Shown here: positions 10,679 to 20,819 of the stretch, one piece after another
Layout: each line of letters begins with the position of its first letter
How positions within the stretch are numbered: position 1 is the first letter of the stretch
From: Obrimoposthia wandeli
Lineage: Eukaryota
Length of the DNA: 51,496 nt
Reading direction: 5' to 3'
Assembly: GCA_977020255.1 (NCBI GenBank)
Contig: CDROCS010006440.1
Location: 1 to 51,496 of the forward strand
Made by a program: the position numbers and the translations under genes
Notes under the pieces: model-generated
Database searches by the model: none
Told to the model about the DNA's origin: nothing
Seen by the model: the letters and a program-made list of their open reading frames with translations, nothing else

Positions 10679-11305
10679 TTATTTCGAGTAAAGTTCAACG
10701 ATTAAACGCTCTTCTACAGGTATAACAACTTCATCACGTTCAGGTATACGAGTAAAGATACCAAATACTTTGTCAGCATCGATATCAACCCATGGAGCTA
10801 AACCAGTTTGGTTAGTTAATTCCATAGCACGAACAATTTGGTTGTTTTTCTTACTTGCTTCACGAACTTCAATTTTCTGACCAGCTTTAACACGGTAAGA
10901 AGGAATATCAAGTTTTTTGCCATCTACAAGTAGGTGACCGTGAGTAACAAGTTGACGAGCGAAACGACGCGTTGAAGCGAAGCCCATTCTATAAACAACA
11001 TTATCAAGTCTGCTTTCGATTAGAGTAATAAGGTTTGTACCAGTATTACCTTCACGACGCTTAGCTTCAACGAATAGTGCGCGGAATTGCTTCTCAGAAA
11101 CACCATACATGAATTTTGCTTTTTGCTTTTCATTAAGTTGTAAACCATACTCAGAAACTTTCTTACGACGCTGACCATGTTGACCAGGACCATAAGGTCT
11201 TTTTTCTAATGCAGATTTACCCGCTAAACGACGCTCACCTTTTAAGTTAAGGCTTACTCCGAATCTTCTTTCGATTTTTTCTACTGGACCTCTATATCTT
11301 GCCAT
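10679..11305 (-). CDS. rpsD: 30S ribosomal protein S4
   Basis: [23 protein letters not shown]. Confidence 0.99.
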   Translation of the reverse strand: MARYRGPVEKIERRFGVSLNLKGERRLAGKSALEKRPYGPGQHGQRRKKVSEYGLQLNEKQKAKFMYGVSEKQFRALFVEAKRREGNTGTNLITLIESRLDNVVYRMGFASTRRFARQLVTHGHLLVDGKKLDIPSYRVKAGQKIEVREASKKNNQIVRAMELTNQTGLAPWVDIDADKVFGIFTRIPERDEVVIPVEERLIVELYSK

Positions 11306-11316
11306 CAGTAATCTCC

Positions 11317-11709
11317 TTAAACTCTACGACGCTTAGGTGCGCGACAACCGTTGTGTGGTAATGGTGTAACATCTTTCATAAATGTAACACGAATGCCTTC
11401 GATTGCACCAACAGCTTTAACAGCTGTCTCACGACCTGAACCTGGACCTTGTACTTTAATACCAAGATCTTTAATACCATGAACCTGTGCTTTTGCTACT
11501 GCATCTTCAACAGCTGCTTGAGCCGCGAATGGAGTAGATTTTTTAGAACCCTTGAAACCAAGGCTACCAGCAGAACTCCAAGCAATCATATTACCCATTT
11601 CATCAGTAATAGTTACAAGTGTATTATTGAATGATGCAGCGATATGAACGATACCACGAGCAATATTCTTTTTTACTACTTTTTTTCTAACAGCTTTTCT
11701 TTTTGCCAT
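11317..11709 (-). CDS. rpsK: 30S ribosomal protein S11
   Basis: [20 protein letters not shown]. Confidence 0.99.
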   Translation of the reverse strand: MAKRKAVRKKVVKKNIARGIVHIAASFNNTLVTITDEMGNMIAWSSAGSLGFKGSKKSTPFAAQAAVEDAVAKAQVHGIKDLGIKVQGPGSGRETAVKAVGAIEGIRVTFMKDVTPLPHNGCRAPKRRRV

Positions 11710-11719
11710 CTGTTAATCC

Positions 11720-12082
11720 TTATGCCGCGCCGACAGTCTTACGTTTACCCTTACGAGTACGCGCATTTGTCTTAGTTTTTTGTCCACGACATGGAAGACC
11801 ACGACGGTGACGAAGACCTCTATATGAACCTAAATCCATAAGTGACTTAATATCCATAGCAACTTTCTTACGTAAGTCACCTTCAACCATATGGTTGGCA
11901 CGGATTTCCGCAGTAATTGCTGCTACATCTGCTTCGTTTAATTCGAAAACTCTTTTGTTATAGTCAATACCTGTCGCATCTAAAATTAGACGAGAAGCAT
12001 GTAAACCAATTCCATAGACGTATGTTAGACCATACTCTATTCTTTTCTTTTTAGGTAAATCAACACCAGATATACGAGCCAT
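11720..12082 (-). CDS. rpsM: 30S ribosomal protein S13
   Basis: [23 protein letters not shown]. Confidence 0.99.
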   Translation of the reverse strand: MARISGVDLPKKKRIEYGLTYVYGIGLHASRLILDATGIDYNKRVFELNEADVAAITAEIRANHMVEGDLRKKVAMDIKSLMDLGSYRGLRHRRGLPCRGQKTKTNARTRKGKRKTVGAA

Positions 12083-12084
12083 GG

Positions 12085-12198
12085 TTATCCTTGTCTCTGT
12101 TTATGTTTTTTAACTTTGCAGATTACTCTTACAATGCCTTTTCTTTTAACAACTTTACAGTCATCACACATCTTCTTTACTGAAGCACGTACTTTCAT
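12085..12198 (-). CDS. rpmJ: 50S ribosomal protein L36 (Zn-ribbon form); not in the supplied ORF track
   Basis: Translated by hand: [37 protein letters not shown]; AGGAG SD. Confidence 0.99.
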   Translation of the reverse strand: MKVRASVKKMCDDCKVVKRKGIVRVICKVKKHKQRQG

Positions 12199-12409
12199 TG
12201 AAAGCTCCTATATTTTTCTCATAAAATCTGAACTTGTCATCTTTTATTCAGTCACTAAAGCCACACCTTAAGGTGAGCCTTAATGAGTTTTTAATTTATC
12301 TTTGCTGCATGTAGGCAAACAATATTTTTTGCTTGCCAATACTTTTATCTATATAAATAGTATATAAAGATAGAAATACTCAACTATTATGTTAAAACAG
12401 CAAAGCGGA
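12199..12409 (-). ncRNA. Candidate structured 5' leader of the alpha operon
   Basis: Nested inverted repeats whose G-U pairs work only on the minus strand; lies between a -10 element and the rpmJ SD. Confidence 0.55.
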
Positions 12410-12414
12410 CGAGG

Positions 12415-12425
12415 ATTGTACCCAA
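12415..12425 (-). promoter_or_regulatory. Alpha-operon promoter -10 region (TTGGGTACAAT) followed by a GC-rich discriminator
   Basis: Identical 11-mer lies upstream of rpsJ (47221-47231). Confidence 0.7.
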
Positions 12426-12610
12426 TTTAATGTAAAAGATTTATTAAGGGAGTTAAATTTACTAATTTAATTACACAAATAACTTATTAATAAACATAAT
12501 AAGCCCTAATTATCCTAATAAATAAAAATTACTTGAGTTTTCACTTTTATAAACATATTTAAAGTTTATGGATATAATCAAACTTGAATATAATTATTAC
12601 AGGTTTATAG

Positions 12611-13889
12611 ATGAAAAAAGTATTAATCGCTAATGATAATCAAAAAATCTTATCTTTATTAAAAATAGAGATAGAAAAACATGATGACATTGAACCATAC
12701 TTCGCTAAAAGCTATAAAGAAGCTGTGGACATTATACTTATGCAACAGGGCAAGTTCCATGGCGCTTTACTCGATATTGACTTACATGATAAAAAGATGA
12801 GGAGATAGTAGAACTCGCCAGTTTTTACAATATACCCTCTATTATAATGACAGACATTGATAACCTAGAGATACAAAACACTCTAATCAAAAATGATGTT
12901 ATAAATATAATTTCCAAAAATGACCACTCTGATCTCGTATGTGCTGTAAATGAAATGTCAAGAACATTAAAAACTATTACGATACTACTATTTTAATAGT
13001 TGATGATTCAGCTATATATAGAAAAATTTTAAAAGAGCATAGTCTAAAAAAAATAAAACTGAAAATATTAGAAGCTTCTGATGGCATTGAAGCATTAAAA
13101 ATACTACAAAGCAATAAAAATATATCTCTAATTCTCACAGATTATGACATGCCTAAGATGAATGGACTTGAGCTTACCTTTAGACTTAGAAAGCAATATA
13201 AAAAAGACCAACTTGGAATTATTGCAATCAGTGTAGTTGAAGAACAGAATGTAATAAGTAAGTTTTTAAAGATTGGTGCAAATGATTTTATAAATAAAAA
13301 ATTTACACATAATGAAATAGTAACAAGAATAAATTCAAACCTTGAACTCTTAGATCTCTTTGGACAGATAAAAGATATGGCAAATAAAGACTTTTTAACC
13401 GGTGCATATAATAGACGCTTCTTCTTTGATACAGGAAAGTATGTATATGAAAAGAGTAAAAGAAGTAAAACTTCTTTAGCCGTTGCTATGATAGATATAG
13501 ATAAGTTTAAAAATATCAATGATAGATATGGTCATAATACCGGAGATATAGCTATACAAGAAGCAAAACGAATATTAGATAATAATTTAAGAGAGTCTGA
13601 TCTTATGGCTCGTTTTGGAGGAGAAGAGTTTTGTGTACTTCTTGAAGATATCACATACGAAAATGTAAAACTACTTTTTTTTTTTGATAAGATCAAATAT
13701 AAGTTTCAGCATAACATTATTAGAACCAATCAATATACTATTACTTATACTCTGTATCTATTGGAATATGTTTTGGTTTAGTTGACTCACTTGAAGATAT
13801 GATAAGGTTATCTGATGAAGCTCTATATAGCAAAAGAAAGTGGTAGAAATAGAGTTGTGATTAATCCAAGTAGTTCTAATCCCATATAA
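12611..13889 (+). CDS. REC-REC-GGDEF diguanylate cyclase, paralogue 1; several frameshifts, span reconstructed
   Basis: LLDID; reading through shifts gives ILIVDDS and LTDYDMP; DFLTGAYNRR, RESD I-site, ARFGGEEF, C-terminal AKESGRNRV. Confidence 0.85.
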
Positions 13890-14223
13890 CACTTACTCCA
13901 TATTCTTGATTTAATTTTACATACTTGTTGTAATAAACTTTTTTACCATGCTTTTTACTTAATAACTCCAGTTCTAAAGAATCTTCTTCTAATAACTCTC
14001 TAATCTCTTTATAAGAAAGCCACTTGCCATATCTTGCTAATGCATTTTGCCATATCTTAAAATCACAAGTAGAGTTTTGGGTAAGCTCATACATCTCACC
14101 ATCTTCTGTTTTCCAGTTTGCGTTTGAACAAGCGTATAGTTTAACCTTTTTCCCGCTTACTTCTTTATCTCTCCCAACTTCAATCGATCCATCATCACAG
14201 TATGGACATTTACCTAAAATCAT
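13876..14223 (-). CDS. Small Cys-containing protein resembling a type IA topoisomerase C-terminal repeat
   Basis: CPYC...Y.CSN...C.FKIW...L.YKEIRELL pattern; GGAG SD. Confidence 0.6.
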   Translation of the reverse strand: MILGKCPYCDDGSIEVGRDKEVSGKKVKLYACSNANWKTEDGEMYELTQNSTCDFKIWQNALARYGKWLSYKEIRELLEEDSLELELLSKKHGKKVYYNKYVKLNQEYGVSVIWD

Positions 14224-14409
14224 CTATAACTCCAAATAGTTTATAAGTAAGAAATTTTATCTAAGATAATGATTTGAGATTGAAAAAATGACACTTTGCA
14301 ATATTATTAATATGAAATCTATTAAAATACAATTATTTTTAATCTAATCTTCACCCTATACAGTTATAATGTATATAGATAGTAATAAATATTAAATAAG
14401 GCATGCCTC

Positions 14410-15670
14410 ATGAAAAAAGTCTTAGTAGTTGATGATAGTCCAATAATTTTAAGTATGTTAAAAATAGAAATAGCAAAGTATAATAGAATGGAACCATACT
14501 ACGCTAAAACTTACAAAGAAGCTTTTCGTTTACTTAGAGAGCACAAGGGTAAATTTCATGCTGCTTTACTCGACCTAAATCTTCCTGATGTTCCCTCTGG
14601 AGAGATTGTAAAACTAGCAAACTCTCATGGAATACCATCAGTTGTTTTAACGGGTAAAGTAGATGAAGAAGTTCAAAAATCTCTGTTAAAAAAAGATGTA
14701 CTTAGTGTTATTTTAAAAAATGACCATGCAAGCATAAAAGTTGCAGTTGCAGATATATCAAGAACTCTTTCGAACTATGATACAACTGTTTTAATTGTTG
14801 ATGATTCTAAACTTTTTAGACAAATATTAAGAAAGAGTTTAGAAAAAATTCAATTAAATGTCATAGAAGCACGTGATGGTGAAGAAGCTTATAATATATT
14901 GCAAAATTCTAAAGAGAAAATTTCTTTAATCATTACAGACTATGAAATGCCTAAAAGAAATGGTCTAGAACTTACTTTAAAAATTAGAGAAACATATCAA
15001 AAAGATCAGCTTTCAATAATTGCTATCAGTGCAGTAGAGACAAAAGATGTCATCAGTAAGTTTTTGAAGTTTGGAGCAAATGACTTTGTTAATAAACCAT
15101 TTGAGCATACAGAAGTAGTTACTAGGGTAAATGCCAATCTAGAATTATTAGACCTATTTGGCAAGATTAGAGATATGGCGAACAAAGACTTTCTTACAGG
15201 TGCATATAACAGACGTTACTTTTTTGAGAGTGGAGAACCTATATACGCCAAAAATAAAAGAAAAGATAACACCAATGGCAGTAGCTATGATAGATATTGA
15301 TAAGTTTAAAAATATCAATGACACATATGGTCACGATATAGGTGATATAGCTATTCAAGAAATAAAAAAAATACTAGATAAAAATCTAAGAACGTCTGAT
15401 CTTATGGCACGTTTTGGAGGTGAGGAATTTTGTATACTACTTGAAGACATAACAATCCAAGATTGAGGATAAAGCAACTTTTTTGAAAAAATAAGAAAAA
15501 AGCTTTTGAAGAAAATGTATTAGATAAACGGAACAGAAATATCATATACTGTATCAACAGGTATTTATTATGGTTTTTCAACCTCACTTGATGATATGAT
15601 TAGACTTTCTGATGAAGCACTATATACAGCTAAAGAGGGTGGAAGAAACAGAGTTGAAATCAAATCATAA
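14410..15670 (+). CDS. REC-REC-GGDEF diguanylate cyclase, paralogue 2; frameshifts near 15260 and 15460-15540
   Basis: VVDDSP, LLDLNLPD, ITDYEMP, DFLTGAYNRR, RTSD I-site, ARFGGEEF, AKEGGRNRVEIKS*. Confidence 0.88.
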
Positions 15671-15690
15671 AATAAAAGTAATAAACATTT

Positions 15691-15699
15691 TGCTAAAAT
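15691..15699 (+). promoter_or_regulatory. Extended -10 TGCTAAAAT, 7 nt before the ATG (leaderless arrangement)
   Basis: No SD between the element and the ATG at 15707. Confidence 0.6.
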
Positions 15700-15706
15700 T
15701 GCATTT

Positions 15707-16964
15707 ATGAATACATATTTAAACAAATTTAAATTGTATGACTCAATCCAAAAAACTCTTTTTTATAAACTCCCTGAGAATGAACAAGAGTTTATAAAAA
15801 ATAAATCACTTGAACTAAAGTTCTCTCATCAAGAGATAAAACAAATAATAGATATTGCTAGAGACCTAAGTACTTGGGATGAAAAAAATATAGTAGATAT
15901 TTTTCCAGACCATGACCAAAAAAAAGTTGTCTTTACTAGACTTCGTAAGGCTTATGAAGATATAAGAAATAAACCAAACTCTTATGAAAACTTTGAACTT
16001 AAAAATATTCCTCAAGAACAGAAGTTCACTTTTAAAACGCAAGCTAAAGATGGCTTTGGCCTTGGGCTTTGTCCTGTTGCATCTGAGAAAACTAGATGTT
16101 GTAATCTTTTAACTCTAGATGCAGTGGAGAGCTGTGGATTTGATTGTTCATACTGTTCTATTCAGAGTTTTTACAATCAAAATACAATCACATTTGACTC
16201 CAACTTCGCGGATAAACTAAAAAACCTAAATCTAGATAAAAACAAGACTTACCATATAGGTACAGGTCAAGCTTCTGACTCACTTATGTGGGGAAATCGT
16301 GAAGGTATCTTAGATGCACTTTTTCTTTTTGCAAAAGAGAATCCAAATGTTATCTTAGAATTTAAAACAAAATCAGACAAGATAAGCTATTTTCTAGAAA
16401 ATGAAGTACCAAATAACATACTATGTACTTGGTCACTTAACACTCCTACAATCATTGAAAATGAAGAGCATCTAAGTGCTTCTCTTGATAAGAGATTAGC
16501 ATCTGCAAGAGCTGTTGCAGATAAGGGTGTAAAAGTCGGTTTTCACTTTCATCCAATAGTACAATATGAAAAATTATCTAGATGATTATGCTCTAGTGTA
16601 TGAAAGACTTTTAAAAGAGTTTAAATCTAGCGAAGTTGCACTTGTAAGTTTTGGTACACTTACCTTTATAAAGCCTGTTATCAAACAACTTAGAGATAGA
16701 GAATTTAAAAGTAAAATAACGCAGATGCCTTTTGAAAATGCAAGTGGAAAAAGTTCTTATCCTGATTCTATAAAAGTAGAGATGTTTAAACATGCTTATG
16801 AGAGTTTTACTCCTTGGCACAAAGATGTGTTTTTCTACCTTTGTATGGAAGAACACCAGATGTGGAGCAAAACCTTTGGTTATCAATACTCTACAAATAA
16901 CGACTTTGAGAGAGCTATGCTTAGTTCTTACTCTACAAAACTAAATTTGGAGTTTTTAATATGA
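15707..16964 (+). CDS. Spore-photoproduct-lyase-like radical SAM protein; frameshift near 16570
   Basis: CGFDCSYC (CxxxCxxC), LEFKTKS, WSLN, RL.SA, GFHFHP, YLCME. Confidence 0.85.
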
Positions 16965-17623
16965 AATTTTTTAAAATCATCCTAGTCTTTGCAGTGTTAA
17001 TATTTTCAAACACTTTAATGGCTACAGAATCAAAGTTTATTAGCGTTAAAGAGAAAAAAGAGATATTTCGCTCTCTTATTGCACCGGCTGTAGATAATGT
17101 CTATAAAGAGCTAGATGCACAGTTTCATGATATATCTAAAAATCTTAATAATCCAAAATATAATAAAAGAATAAAAAGTCTAAAAACAACTTATAAAGTA
17201 AAAAGTAATGAAGATTTACTAATGGCACTAAAACCACATCCAAGAAGTATAGCAATAGCACAAGCTGCAATGGAGAGTGCTTGGGCAACATCTAGATTTT
17301 TCAAAAAGGCTAAAAATATTTTTGGTGTTTGGTCATTTAACAAAAATGAGCCTAGAATCGCTGCAGGTGAAAAAAGAGGTAGTAAAACTATATGGCTTAG
17401 AAAGTACTCAAGTATTGAAGATTCTGTTAGAGACTATTATAAGACATTAGGACGCTCTCACGCATTTAAAGAGTTTCGTAAACTCAGAATGAAAACAGAT
17501 GATCCATATAAATTAGTTAAAAAATTAGATCGTTACTCTGAGATGGGTGCTAAATATGGGGAAGAATTAACTTCGATGATAAGATTTAATAAGTTTTATC
17601 TTTACGATAAGAAAATAGTTTAG
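16961..17623 (+). CDS. Exported glucosaminidase-domain (Bax/FlgJ-like) peptidoglycan hydrolase
   Basis: Signal peptide; AQAAMESAWATSRF, NIFG, YSE.G..Y. Confidence 0.85.
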   Translation: MKFFKIILVFAVLIFSNTLMATESKFISVKEKKEIFRSLIAPAVDNVYKELDAQFHDISKNLNNPKYNKRIKSLKTTYKVKSNEDLLMALKPHPRSIAIAQAAMESAWATSRFFKKAKNIFGVWSFNKNEPRIAAGEKRGSKTIWLRKYSSIEDSVRDYYKTLGRSHAFKEFRKLRMKTDDPYKLVKKLDRYSEMGAKYGEELTSMIRFNKFYLYDKKIV

Positions 17624-17635
17624 AGGTGGAAAGTC

Positions 17636-17878
17636 TTAATGACTTCCACATCCACCGCCACAACAGCCGTTGCTTGTTGACTCAGCAAAAGCAATAACAA
17701 AGTTACGACCAGCTTCTTGAACTTTAAATTCGTGTTCACCACAAAACTCATCATTCATCTGGTTTCTCATTTCTATTGACTTCATAAGAGCATCATCTTT
17801 AGATTCTAATTCAATGCCATTTTGAAAATCACTTTTTACAAAACACTTACACTCTTTTTCTATAATTATTTTAAACAT
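17636..17878 (-). CDS. Small Cys/His-rich hypothetical protein
   Basis: 80 aa, GAGGA SD, ECKC...FCGEH...CCGGGCGSH. Confidence 0.75.
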   Translation of the reverse strand: MFKIIIEKECKCFVKSDFQNGIELESKDDALMKSIEMRNQMNDEFCGEHEFKVQEAGRNFVIAFAESTSNGCCGGGCGSH

Positions 17879-17947
17879 AGTCTATCCTCGTATTTATATA
17901 TACTCGTATATTATCGGAGTCAACTTGTTCTTAACTGATGTAATAAA

Positions 17948-19248
17948 CTAGGTTCTAAATTTAATCAAAACCATACCGGCAAATTTATTTTTAGTGTAAT
18001 ATTCAACTCTATAAATAGTGCCTTTTTTATCAATAGAGAAATGCTTTGGTATCTCTTTGTTCTTTATCTCTATACCTGTCTCTTTTTTCTTTTTGTTTGT
18101 ATAACCTATAACATTAACTCTATAACCACTATTTTCTTCTACTAAAAAATTGTTCTCAACATCTACAAGTGATCCAAACTTAACGTCTTGTAATTTTCCA
18201 TCAATCTTTAGTTGTACGCTCTTTGGCTGGGCATCTATATCTTGATAATCAGCTTTTAGCCTTGAGAGTCTTCTATTACCATATTGGATAACGTAAGTGT
18301 TCTTCTTTTTGATAATTGTAAGAAGAGGATTACTAGCTTTAAAATCTATCGCACCATCTTTTTTAATTGGAAATATTTCACCATATCTCTTATTTGTGAG
18401 AGAGGAAGTTTAATCTTGCCATCGTACAAAGATATATATATATCATCATTAATTGCTTTATAAACACCTCTAGCATCTAACGTGAATTTTCTTTTATACT
18501 CTATTCCCATAATATCCATATATTTTTCTAGAGCTAAAAGATGGTAATAAACTCTTTTATGAGTTGGAAGATTTTTACTTGCTTCATTACCAAAGGCTGC
18601 TTTACCATGATTGATAGCAAAATAAGTAAGAGTCTTCTCCATCTCCTTATCACCCTCTTTAGTTCTAGTGTTATGAGTATGATAAATATCTTCATTTTTA
18701 ATAAGGTTTTTATTTACATACTTTACAACTTGGGATGATATGTCTTCAAGATTGCCATAAAGAGGTATGTTGATGTTTGATTGGTCTACTATAGAGCACT
18801 GTCCCCATCTACTAGGTGAATGCATACTATCTTCATACTCTGGTCTGTAAAAGCCACTTCCATCATGAAGATTTACTACAAGCTTTACACTATCATCTTT
18901 AATATAGTTTTTAATTCTTGTAACTGCTTCATACTCTGGGTCTTTTTTAGAAAGCTTTGCGAACTTTCTATTCATATCTCCATATGGTCCTCTACTTCTT
19001 TTGATAATGCTATAAAAGTTTAGGTTTGGAACTATCCAGATTGAGCCTTTTGTAATTTCATAGTGAGTTGCAAGTATAGATGCAGATATAAATCCACCGG
19101 GCTCATCTCCTTGTATTCCACCAACTCACTAAAAGAGAAATATGTTATCTAATCCTACTCTCTTTTGTATAAGGTCAAATTTAAAGCCATTTTGAGCACT
19201 TAATGCAAGAGGTAATACTAAGAGTAATACTAAACTATATAACTTCAA
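17948..19248 (-). CDS. M99-family peptidoglycan DL-carboxypeptidase (Csd4/Pgp1-like); several frameshifts, span reconstructed
   Basis: TTG start and signal peptide; GGIQGDEPGG, PNLNF, GDMNRKF, NLHDGSGFY, GNEASK; C-terminus KFAGMVLIKFRT*. Confidence 0.85.
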
Positions 19249-20002
19249 CATGCCACGGTTCAAATCGTACTCCATCACTATTATTTTTGTTATATCTCAT
19301 ACTAATATAATCAAGTTTTGTCATCTTTTTAAACTCCAAGGTTGAAGCAAATGCATCTGTAAAATTTTTATATCCCCATCCTTTACGACCAACATCAAAA
19401 TCACTGATAGTATGATAAGAATATGAAGGAGGAGCTATACTCATAGAAGCTTGAGTAACATTTCCACCATTGTTGTAAAGCTTATTTGCGTATAGACTTA
19501 ACTGCTTTACAATATTTCTTACACCTGATGTTAATACTAAAGTATCTCCAACATCTTTTTTCAATTTTTTATAGTCATCTAAGGCAGTTCCCTTAAATAA
19601 AAAGTGTCCAGTATAAGGAATCTTAACAATATCTCTTTTAGAAATCTTGTTATTGATATTTGAGCATGTCATTGCACCATAGAAGCCATATCTATTAGGA
19701 TTTTCAGAAAAAAGTTTATCTACAAGGGCTAGTTCATCTTTTGTAAACACGCCAATCTTAGAATAATTACGTCCATAATATAGTGCTTCATTAAATGAAA
19801 CAATATTAAAGTTAGCAAATCCTATGTATCTTCTAAGAGTTTTAAGCCTATTATTTAGTCTCTTAAGAGTTGTGTACTCATGATATGAGAGATAAATATC
19901 TTGGTTGTTTTCTATAATATCATTTGCAAGAAGTGGTGATAGTGATAAAGTTGTTAAAAAAGCTCTTCTATTCATAGTCGAAATTGTACCTAATTTATCC
20001 AT
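19235..20002 (-). CDS. M15B (VanY-like) Zn peptidase with a twin-arginine-like N-terminus; start at 20002 or 19975 rather than 20047
   Basis: TSGVR, SYHTISDFD (SxHx5D), EPWH; MNRRAFL. Confidence 0.85.
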   Translation of the reverse strand: MDKLGTISTMNRRAFLTTLSLSPLLANDIIENNQDIYLSYHEYTTLKRLNNRLKTLRRYIGFANFNIVSFNEALYYGRNYSKIGVFTKDELALVDKLFSENPNRYGFYGAMTCSNINNKISKRDIVKIPYTGHFLFKGTALDDYKKLKKDVGDTLVLTSGVRNIVKQLSLYANKLYNNGGNVTQASMSIAPPSYSYHTISDFDVGRKGWGYKNFTDAFASTLEFKKMTKLDYISMRYNKNNSDGVRFEPWHVEVI

Positions 20003-20035
20003 TACTTTTTCCAATGAAATAAAATTAAGTACTTG

Positions 20036-20059
20036 ATACATCAACATATCTTGATATAT
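20036..20059 (+). promoter_or_regulatory. Putative ArsR operator ATACATCAA-N6-TTGATATAT overlapping the -35 of the ars promoter (-10 TGTTATACT at 20070-20078)
   Basis: 8/9 inverted repeat directly upstream of arsR. Confidence 0.7.
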
Positions 20060-20110
20060 GTAATTTTTATGTTATACTTTTATATTAAAATCTAAAAGGA
20101 ACTTCAAATA

Positions 20111-20422
20111 ATGGAAATATTTTTAAAAACTATTAGCTCCATAAATGATGAGACTAGAGTAGAAATACTTCACTTCATAGATAAAAATGGTGAAGTTTGT
20201 GTGTGTGATATTGAAGATTCTTTTAAGATGATACAGTCTCGCATCTCTCGGCATCTAAAGATTTTAAAAGATGGTGGATTTTTAAAAGTAGATAGACGTG
20301 GGAGATGGGCATTTTATTCTATTAAAAGTCCTATGGATGAATTTAGACAATCAATATTAAAAGAGATTAACTTCTCACAAGTAAAAATACCAGAGTTAAA
20401 TAAAGGATGTAAAAGTGAATAA
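20111..20422 (+). CDS. arsR: ArsR family repressor
   Basis: ETRVEIL, CVCDI, QSRISRHLKILK. Confidence 0.93.
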   Translation: MEIFLKTISSINDETRVEILHFIDKNGEVCVCDIEDSFKMIQSRISRHLKILKDGGFLKVDRRGRWAFYSIKSPMDEFRQSILKEINFSQVKIPELNKGCKSE

Positions 20423-20819
20423 AAAAGTTTTAATACTATGTACTGGAAATAGTTGTAGATCTATCATCGCAGAAGCTGTTTTAAACAAATATCTTCATGG
20501 AGTAGATGCCATGAGTTCAGGAGTAAAAGCAAGTGGAAAAGTAAACCCAAATGCAAAAAAACTTTTAGAAGCAACTGGATTATGGAGAGATGATTATCAT
20601 TCAAAAACTTTAGATAAAGTTATAGACACAGAGTTTGATTTAGTTGTTACAGTTTGCGATAACGCAATGGAGTCATGTCCAATATTTCCTAAAAATACTA
20701 GAGTTATTCATATAGGTTATGAAGACCCAGATGGAAAAAACTACTCTGCATTTGAGAAAACTCTTAAACTTATGAAGATGGAACTAACTCCAATAGTAAG
20801 AATCGAGTTAGGTCTGTAA
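20415..20819 (+). CDS. arsC: Thioredoxin-coupled arsenate reductase (LMW-PTP fold)
   Basis: CTGNSCRS and VCD...SCP. Confidence 0.93.
   Translation: MNKKVLILCTGNSCRSIIAEAVLNKYLHGVDAMSSGVKASGKVNPNAKKLLEATGLWRDDYHSKTLDKVIDTEFDLVVTVCDNAMESCPIFPKNTRVIHIGYEDPDGKNYSAFEKTLKLMKMELTPIVRIELGL

Noticed and set aside
13675-13685. T11 tract in cyclase 1 as a phase-variation switch
   Set aside because: The paralogue has only T6 at the equivalent site, the window is full of homopolymer errors, and Campylobacter-type coding phase variation mostly uses G/C tracts.
20003-20047. ORF-track N-terminal extension of the M15B peptidase
   Set aside because: It runs into the ars operator/promoter and lacks an SD; starts at 20002 or 19975 fit the export signal better.
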